NCBI GenBank assembly: GCA_964420295.1
Contig: CAYQST010000004.1
Span: forward strand, 100,804-164,803
Length of the DNA stretch: 64,000 nt
From: an uncultured Chromatiales bacterium
GTDB lineage: Bacteria; Bacteroidota; Ignavibacteria; SZUA-365; CAYQST01
Direction of reading: 5' to 3'
Numbering within the stretch: position 1 is the stretch's first letter; every line of letters starts with the position of its first letter. Under the pieces are notes generated by a model. It was not told the DNA's origin, did not search any database, and worked only from the letters and a program-made list of their open reading frames with translations. Below, one piece after another: positions 57,973 through 64,000 of this stretch. Both the position numbers and the translations under genes were made by a program.

Positions 57973-58863
57973 TTATCCCAGAAACAACAGGGCAACACCC
58001 CCCACGGCGACGGCCGCTCCGAGAAGCGCGATCCAGGAATGCCGCTCCCCGTGCATCCAGCGGGTCATGGGCAGAAGCATGATGGGCGTGGTGGACATGA
58101 GGGTGGAGGCGATCCCGAGGGGGGCATGCTGCACCGAGACCAGACTCAGAGTGATGCCGAGATAGGGACCGATGATGGATCCTCCGATCGTGAAGCCGAA
58201 GGCACGAGAGTCGCGGCGGAACGCCGTGAGGGGATTTTTGATGCGTTTGACGAAGAGGAGCCAGGGCAGAAGCACTACCACGGCCGACACGATGCGCACG
58301 AGGGTGGCCAGAAGACTGGGGACCTCATGCTCCATGAACGCCATCTTGACGAAGATCAGGCCCACGCCCTGGCCAAGGGCACCGAAGAACGCGTAGAGCA
58401 ACCCCAGGGGCGAGATCCGATCCTGCCCGGTACTTTCTCCGCGTTTCTCGGTCACCACCATCGCGATTCCCGCAACGGTCACCACGATCCCGACGATCCC
58501 GATGGCCGAAAGACGCTCCCCCAGCACGATATAGGCGAGCACTGCGGCGATGGCGGGGGAGAGGGACATGACCAGCATGCTCAAGCGCGGGCCGATGCGT
58601 TCGAAAGCCAGAAACAGAAAACCATCTCCGAAGATCAGTCCGATCCAGCCACTCACGGCGAAGAGTAGAATCTGGGTGGGACTCAGGGTCCAGGGGATAC
58701 CCATGATTCCTACCGTGAGTGTGAGATACACCGTGGCGAGCATGAGCCGGGTGAGATTGACGGTGGCGGACCCCACCCGCTGTGAGGCGGCGGAAAAGAA
58801 CAGGGAAGTGCCCGCCCACAGCAGGGCCGTGGTCAGAGCGGCAATTTCGCCAAGGTAGGGCAT
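57973..58863 (-). CDS. EamA/DMT-superfamily transporter
   Basis: 10 TM helices in two 5-TM repeats. Confidence 0.75.
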   Translation of the reverse strand: MPYLGEIAALTTALLWAGTSLFFSAASQRVGSATVNLTRLMLATVYLTLTVGIMGIPWTLSPTQILLFAVSGWIGLIFGDGFLFLAFERIGPRLSMLVMSLSPAIAAVLAYIVLGERLSAIGIVGIVVTVAGIAMVVTEKRGESTGQDRISPLGLLYAFFGALGQGVGLIFVKMAFMEHEVPSLLATLVRIVSAVVVLLPWLLFVKRIKNPLTAFRRDSRAFGFTIGGSIIGPYLGITLSLVSVQHAPLGIASTLMSTTPIMLLPMTRWMHGERHSWIALLGAAVAVGGVALLFLG

Positions 58864-58865
58864 GG

Positions 58866-59324
58866 TTATTGGCGTCCGCTGTGGCCGAAGCCACCCTCAC
58901 CTCGATCGCTCTCGGGAAGGGTGTCGACTTCTTTCCATTCGAGACGAGCGACCCGCGACACCACAAGCTGCGCAATGCGATCACCCCGTCGGATGCGAAA
59001 GGGCTCCTTGCCGAGGTTGGCCATAATGACCTTCACTTCGCCGCGGTAATCGGCGTCGATGGTGCCAGGACTATTGGGGAGCGTGATGCCATGATGCAGA
59101 GCCAGACCGCTGCGGGGACGCACCTGCGCCTCCCACCCAGGAGGGAGAGCGATTGCCAGATTCGTGGGAACAGCCAGAATGGCCCCCGGGTCCAGGATGA
59201 GATCTTCATCGATCGCGGCCCGTAGGTCAACCCCAGCCGATCCTTCTGTGGCATGGGATGGAAGAGGCAAATCTTCGAAGCCTGTGCGAATCCGAATGAC
59301 CGGTACCGTGAGAAGGTCGGACAT
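58866..59324 (-). CDS. dut: dUTP diphosphatase
   Basis: [34 protein letters not shown] dUTPase motifs. Confidence 0.9.
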   Translation of the reverse strand: MSDLLTVPVIRIRTGFEDLPLPSHATEGSAGVDLRAAIDEDLILDPGAILAVPTNLAIALPPGWEAQVRPRSGLALHHGITLPNSPGTIDADYRGEVKVIMANLGKEPFRIRRGDRIAQLVVSRVARLEWKEVDTLPESDRGEGGFGHSGRQ

Positions 59325-59330
59325 CAGGGG

Positions 59331-60635
59331 TCAGCGCTGCAGAAGCACGCGATGATGCACGATCCGGTCTCCTGCCTGGAGACGAAGAAGGAGCATTCCC
59401 GAAGGGATGGTGAGATCGTGCGGGGGGAACCAGGATACACTGTGAATACCCGCGGTACGAGGGCCCTCGTCCACTGTAGCCCAGGTTCGACCGAGAAGAT
59501 CGACGGCCGTGACGCGCACGGCGGCGTCCTCGGGGAGCTGGTAGCGGAGGGTCAGGGCTCCGCGGCGAGTAAGGGAATAGGGATGGGGATAGGTGTCGAG
59601 GATGGCCAGGGTCGGGTGGGTCGGCGCGGTGACGCGAGCCAGGACGGGACCGAAGGGAGTTCGCGTTCCATCGATATCGATCTGCTGCAGACGATACCAG
59701 AGCAGATCGGATCCTACAAGAAGAGCCCCATCATCCGTCCAGGAATAGGCGTTCGGAAGAACACTCGTGCCTCTTCCCTCCACGAATCCTACCGGGGTGA
59801 ACTCCCCATTCGCCTCCGCCGATCTCTCGATTAGGAACCCGTGATTGTTGCGTTCGGAGGCCGTTTCCCAGTCCAGCACCACCCGAGGTCCATCCATGCG
59901 TGTCCTCAGCGAGGTCAGCTCGACCGGCACCACGGGTGGGGTAATGCAGATGGTGGCCGAGGCATACCAATCCACTGGCTGCCCCACGATGCTCGAGGCC
60001 GACACCCAGGTGGCGGGGGAGGTAAAGCAGACGCTACGCGGATAGCTGCCTCCGTAGATCTGAGGAGTCTTGAATTTCCAGGTTACCGAATGACTGGGAT
60101 CACCCTTGATCCAGGCGCCGATGAAAAAGTCCCGCATGGGATTGACCACCGCCGTGCCCACGGCAGGAGGCGTGTTGAGCGGGACTGGGAAGATCTCGAA
60201 CTGAAACTGGTTGTTCCCGACCCGCGTCAGGTAGTACCCCTCGAACATCGTGTTGTGTGGAGGAGTGGCCTCCTTCATGAACAGGTAGATCGTGTCACGC
60301 TGCGATGGAGTGCTGGAGATGATGTCGAAATCGAGATTGATCGTCCAGACCGTGCACACGCTGGTCGGTGTCACTTTCACCGCGAACCGGGAGCTAGGCA
60401 GATTCTGTGTGAAGGGCATGATGCCCGCACTCGGGTCGAAGTAGTAGTAGATGGGACAGATGCTGCCGACACCGATGTTCGTGGAGGCAGGCTTGCCGAG
60501 ATGATGGAGAGGGGATCCTGCAACGGAGGAGACGAAGGCCGAACCCGCATTCTTCCATCGAACGGTCACGACGGGATCTTGCCCGAGGGCCGAAACGGAA
60601 AAGAGCATTATCAGCAGGAATACGAAGCGGGTCAT
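59331..60635 (-). CDS. secreted protein with conserved pre-CTD module and T9SS C-terminal sorting domain
   Basis: Start MTRFVFLLIMLFSVSALGQ (hand-checked at 60635; longer ORF overlaps hypE in another frame); C-terminus LDTYPHPYS...LTLRYQLPEDAAVRVTAVDLLGRTWATV...LLLRLQAGDRIVHHRVLLQR. Confidence 0.7.
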   Translation of the reverse strand: MTRFVFLLIMLFSVSALGQDPVVTVRWKNAGSAFVSSVAGSPLHHLGKPASTNIGVGSICPIYYYFDPSAGIMPFTQNLPSSRFAVKVTPTSVCTVWTINLDFDIISSTPSQRDTIYLFMKEATPPHNTMFEGYYLTRVGNNQFQFEIFPVPLNTPPAVGTAVVNPMRDFFIGAWIKGDPSHSVTWKFKTPQIYGGSYPRSVCFTSPATWVSASSIVGQPVDWYASATICITPPVVPVELTSLRTRMDGPRVVLDWETASERNNHGFLIERSAEANGEFTPVGFVEGRGTSVLPNAYSWTDDGALLVGSDLLWYRLQQIDIDGTRTPFGPVLARVTAPTHPTLAILDTYPHPYSLTRRGALTLRYQLPEDAAVRVTAVDLLGRTWATVDEGPRTAGIHSVSWFPPHDLTIPSGMLLLRLQAGDRIVHHRVLLQR

Positions 60636-60691
60636 GGCGAAATTCTCCAAGTGCAAACCGAAAATATCGACTCCACGTTGCTTCTGCAATG

Positions 60692-61705
60692 TCAACAGAT
60701 GCGGGGGAGAATTTCTCCCGACAGCATGGGAAGTACTCTGGTGCCCCCGATGCTCGTATGAACGGTCACCATGCCGGGGCGACCCTTGACCACGGTGCCA
60801 ATCCGTACGGCTCGGGGGGCCTCCGGCCGCGCGCGCATCACCCCAAGCAGGTCTTCCACCCGCTCGTCGGGTACCACCGCCACAAGAATGCCTTCGTTGG
60901 TCAGATACAGCGGATCGAATCCCAGCAAGGCACAGGCGCCGCGCACGTCTTCGTCCACGGGCACGGTGTCCTCCTCGATGGCAAGGGCACAGCCCGACTG
61001 TGCGGCCAGCTCGTTGAGGGTCGTGGCGAGACCTCCTCGCGTGGGATCCCTGAGCACGCGCAGATCCGGAGCCACGGAGAGCATGTGCTCGACAAGATGA
61101 TGGAGAGGACGGGTATCGCTGACCACCGGAGTGTGGAAGCCGATACCCTCCCGACACGAGGCGACCGCGATGCCATGGTTGCCGAGCGGACCCGAGAGCA
61201 CAATCGCATCCCCTTCGTGCAGACGATCTCCCGAGAGCTGGCATCCCGTGGACGCCCATCCTATGCCTGCTGTGGTGATGAAGAGCCCATCGGCGGCCTC
61301 GCGTTCCACCACCTTCGTGTCACCCGTGACGATGGGCACTCCTGCCTCCCGCGCGGCGGCTCCCATGTCGTCGACGATACGTTTCAGGTCTTCCAGTCGA
61401 AACCCTTCCTGAATGATGAAAGCCGCCGAGAGCGCAAGGGGCCGGGCTCCCATCATGGCTAGATCGTTGATGGTGCCATGAACGGCAAGGGTACCGATGC
61501 TTCCACCGGGAAAGTGCAGGGGGCGAACCACATGACTGTCGGTGCTGAACACGAGCCGGCCCCCTTCCGCGTCCAACACGGCGCCATCATTGCCCTGGCG
61601 TAGGATGGGATTATCGAAAGCGGGAAGAAACACCGTGCGAAGGAGCTCGTGCATTTGGGAGCCGCCACTCCCATGGGAAAGGAGGATCGAGCCGGGTGTG
61701 GACAT
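60692..61705 (-). CDS. hypE: hydrogenase maturation carbamoyl dehydratase HypE (AIR-synthase-related)
   Basis: PurM-like fold blocks; diagnostic C-terminus ...GEILPRIC (HypE PRIC motif). Confidence 0.7.
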   Translation of the reverse strand: MSTPGSILLSHGSGGSQMHELLRTVFLPAFDNPILRQGNDGAVLDAEGGRLVFSTDSHVVRPLHFPGGSIGTLAVHGTINDLAMMGARPLALSAAFIIQEGFRLEDLKRIVDDMGAAAREAGVPIVTGDTKVVEREAADGLFITTAGIGWASTGCQLSGDRLHEGDAIVLSGPLGNHGIAVASCREGIGFHTPVVSDTRPLHHLVEHMLSVAPDLRVLRDPTRGGLATTLNELAAQSGCALAIEEDTVPVDEDVRGACALLGFDPLYLTNEGILVAVVPDERVEDLLGVMRARPEAPRAVRIGTVVKGRPGMVTVHTSIGGTRVLPMLSGEILPRIC

Positions 61706-61816
61706 GGGGAAGAATCCTACGATGAAGGTCTCAGTTCGTGTGCAACATCCTGGATTCCGCCGGAAAAAGAAAGCGGGATGCCGAGGCATCCCGCACGTCG
61801 CGTGGTCGGACCCGTG

Positions 61817-62215
61817 TCATGCGTCCTTGAGCGGGAGCTTCGACAGGCACCGGTGAATGACCAACAATACCTCATCGAGATCGATCGGCTTGCTGATGAT
61901 ATCCATCGCACCCATGCTGATGGCATCCACGGCACTCTTGATGTCGGCATAGGATGTCATCATGATGGCGCGGGTGGAAGGGTGTCGGGAAATGATGGTC
62001 TCGAGAACATCGAACCCGCTGATCTTCGGCATGCGGATGTCGATCAGCGCGAGATCCACGGAATGCGATTCCAGAAATTCCAGAGCCGCCGTGCCGTTAT
62101 AGGCCGTATGTGCCGAAAATCCTGCCTGCTCGAGATGCCGGGTCACAGCATCACAGACCACGCGTTCATCGTCGATAACGAGAATGGTGTGTCGGGCTTC
62201 GGTCATGGGAATCAA
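61817..62215 (-). CDS. single-domain response regulator (REC)
   Basis: ILVIDDERVV...LALIDIRMPKISG...MMTSYADIKSAVDAISMGAMDIISKP; ATGA overlap with secretin stop. Confidence 0.8.
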   Translation of the reverse strand: MIPMTEARHTILVIDDERVVCDAVTRHLEQAGFSAHTAYNGTAALEFLESHSVDLALIDIRMPKISGFDVLETIISRHPSTRAIMMTSYADIKSAVDAISMGAMDIISKPIDLDEVLLVIHRCLSKLPLKDA

Positions 62216-63696
62216 CGCTTCTCCGTGGCGGCATCGATCTGATCGATGAGACGCTGCCGCTCCTTGTCGGTGTTTTCGATCTGGAATTGCAGGACCTTCT
62301 GGCCCTCCTTGATCTCCTGCATCTTCTCGGCCACGCGCTTTTCGATCGACGGCATGATTCGTGCCTTGAGAATGATGATCAATTCCTTCTTCGTCACCTG
62401 GTTTTCATCGTATCCAAACAGGTAACGGAGACCAAAGATCCACCAGGGCAGATCCTTGAGAAAGGGAATGCCCCGCCGGATCTGCTGGACATCATTCGTG
62501 AAGAGTCCTCCGACAACGGTTTCCTCTTGATCGATCAGAATGACGGAGGTGCTTGCCTGTGTTTTATTGATCACGGTGGAGACGGGATCGGGAAGGGCAC
62601 TGCTCCGTTCGGCGGTGATTTTCAGATGCACGAATTCGATGGTGTCCTTGGACATCACCGTCGGGGTTACGTCGATGATGGTACCTGTGCTGAAAAATTT
62701 GTCGATCGTGTTCCCCGAAAAATCCCGTTGCTTGACCGAGAAATCCGCACCAACCTGAATGCGACCGATCTCTCCGGAGCGCACGGTGATCGAAGGGCGG
62801 GAGATGAGCTCCCCGAGATTGCGGGATTCGAAGGCCCGAAGCGCGGCGATGAAACTCAGATTTTCACCTGCGGTCTTGAAGGTTCCGGTCATCCCGTATC
62901 CGGAGGTTCCTCCACCCGTGGTGGATCCGGTACCACCGGTGGAAGGCACGGCCCCGGTTCCCACCGATCCCTGAGGGAGCAGACCCACGTTGTTGATGCC
63001 CGCGGAAAGAGTGGTACCGGCATTGGTGAAGGTGGTGGACCAGTCGATGCCCATCTGATCCATCATCGTGCGATTGGCTTCGAAGAAGATTGCCGAGATT
63101 TCCACTTCACGAGTCGTGATGGCCTGGGTGGCGTTGGGAGTGCCTGCCGCTTCGAGCGTGGGACTCTCGAGTTCGTACACCCTGGCATAGTCGGGAAACT
63201 CCTGATACCAATGATTGTTGAACTTCAGCACCAGTTCAAAGGCATCCTTCCAGTACATCATGGGAATAGTGATACCAATCGGCTTATTGACGGAGATGCC
63301 TCCTCCCATGGACTTCAGCGCCGCGCCACCAGTGGGCGCCGACCCTCCGAGGGCTCCGGAAAACGCCGAGCCCAGCATTTCCATGGCTTCTCCGAAGCTC
63401 TTCGGCTGACCACCCTCCGCACCGTTCCCCGAAACCGGAGCCGAGCCAGGGGTCGGGGGAGTGCCGGTGGGAGAGGACGTCACCTTCACGGTTTTCCCAT
63501 CAAAGACCAGAGGTTTGTTGGCGAAACGCTTGAAGGCGTTGCCGAAGATCTCCATGGCTTTTCCGAAGGTCGTGGCCGGAGACATGGTGATCATCTCGTC
63601 GGCAGTGGTGTATTCCCGTATCGGAACGCGATTCTGGGCTCCCAGAGCAGAGGTGAGGGCGAGAACGCACACAGCGAAAATCAATCGAAATTTCAT
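62212..63696 (-). CDS. secretin (PilQ/GspD family outer-membrane channel)
   Basis: Signal peptide; C-terminal secretin domain SVILIDQEETVVGGLFTNDVQQIRRGIPFLKDLPWWIFGLRYLFGYDENQVTKKELIIILKARIMP; Gly/Ser/Thr-rich low-complexity linker. Confidence 0.8.
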   Translation of the reverse strand: MKFRLIFAVCVLALTSALGAQNRVPIREYTTADEMITMSPATTFGKAMEIFGNAFKRFANKPLVFDGKTVKVTSSPTGTPPTPGSAPVSGNGAEGGQPKSFGEAMEMLGSAFSGALGGSAPTGGAALKSMGGGISVNKPIGITIPMMYWKDAFELVLKFNNHWYQEFPDYARVYELESPTLEAAGTPNATQAITTREVEISAIFFEANRTMMDQMGIDWSTTFTNAGTTLSAGINNVGLLPQGSVGTGAVPSTGGTGSTTGGGTSGYGMTGTFKTAGENLSFIAALRAFESRNLGELISRPSITVRSGEIGRIQVGADFSVKQRDFSGNTIDKFFSTGTIIDVTPTVMSKDTIEFVHLKITAERSSALPDPVSTVINKTQASTSVILIDQEETVVGGLFTNDVQQIRRGIPFLKDLPWWIFGLRYLFGYDENQVTKKELIIILKARIMPSIEKRVAEKMQEIKEGQKVLQFQIENTDKERQRLIDQIDAATEKR

Positions 63697-63706
63697 GACG
63701 CACCTC

Positions 63707-64000
63707 TCATTTTTGGAAGTCCTCTGGCTTGGTCGTGATCTTCAGCGTCAGAACATAGCGTTCGATGAGCCCGCCCTTGTTGAGCAGGAACTGCACCTGG
63801 CGCCGCTCCGGCATGATCTTCGACACATAGCCGAGATACACTTCATCGCCCTCCTGCAGCATCACAAGCTCATTGAACTGATCGCTGATGAAGGCACGAC
63901 CCTTCATGACCGCCAGCAGGGTAGATTTCTCCACATCCGGCAGATTGTACACGTTGGGTGGGATCTCGGGATTGACCAGAGAGAGGAAGGGATTGTAGCC
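63707..64000 (-). CDS. hypothetical protein, 5' end outside window (possible PilP-like pilus/secretion assembly component preceding secretin)
   Basis: ORF continues in frame to window end (..GYNPFLSLVNPEIPPNVYNLPDVEK..); position immediately upstream of secretin. Confidence 0.3.
   Translation of the reverse strand, partial: GYNPFLSLVNPEIPPNVYNLPDVEKSTLLAVMKGRAFISDQFNELVMLQEGDEVYLGYVSKIMPERRQVQFLLNKGGLIERYVLTLKITTKPEDFQK

Noticed and set aside
59841-62242. Plus-strand ORFs opposite the T9SS cargo, hypE and REC genes
   Set aside because: Antisense shadows of genes with diagnostic motifs (CTD, PRIC, REC Asp).
1-64000. tRNA, rRNA, CRISPR arrays, prophage or integron features
   Set aside because: No intergenic region shows cloverleaf-compatible sequence, rRNA-like conserved stretches, or regularly spaced direct repeats. 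Apart from the 16-bp tandem repeat, only the single RAYT gene represents mobile DNA.

Overview
GC-rich bacterial chromosome segment, densely coded, mostly on the minus strand. Several proteins carry canonical T9SS (Por secretion) C-terminal sorting domains: two BNR/Asp-box beta-propeller proteins and two smaller cargo proteins. The window also holds a TonB-dependent receptor and a 7Fe-type ferredoxin. Together these suggest a member of the Bacteroidota/Chlorobiota/Ignavibacteriota/Rhodothermota (FCB) group. I found no rRNA, tRNA or CRISPR.

Housekeeping content:
- A heme biosynthesis cluster hemE-hemN-hemH-hemY-hemB on the minus strand.
- A hutU-hutH histidine-utilisation pair.
- kdsC-kdsA-prfA.
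- dut, a RecQ-family helicase, and a TrmH methyltransferase.
- Mn transporters mntP and an MntH-UspA fusion.
- A HisKA/REC/HisKA sensory cluster.
- A REC-PP2C phosphatase plus STAS partner-switching pair.
- An HdrD/GlpC-like Fe-S protein fused to a NarI-like membrane domain.
- A single IS200-like REP-associated tyrosine transposase wedged between convergent genes.

The most interesting region is 1.6-10.5 kb on the minus strand. It looks like a translationally coupled exopolysaccharide synthesis, modification and export operon. In transcription order it encodes:
- a T9SS-sorted Ycf48-like BNR propeller protein;
- a 1316-aa secreted multidomain protein (DUF2334/NodB-like deacetylase, a GATase1-like domain, a TIM-barrel glycoside-hydrolase-like domain, and a C-terminal TM anchor), which is PgaB/PelA-like in logic but with a different architecture;
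- a processive family-2 glycosyltransferase with D,D,D,QxxRW motifs;
- an outer-membrane beta-barrel with an acidic low-complexity insert.

Other oddities:
- an orphan T9SS C-terminal-domain gene fragment upstream of the Fe-S oxidoreductase;
- a 16-bp x4 tandem repeat in the divergent trx/mntH promoter;
- a HutH with Ala-Cys-Gly in place of the Ala-Ser-Gly MIO triad;
- an orphan hypE sitting after a secretin-REC pair.
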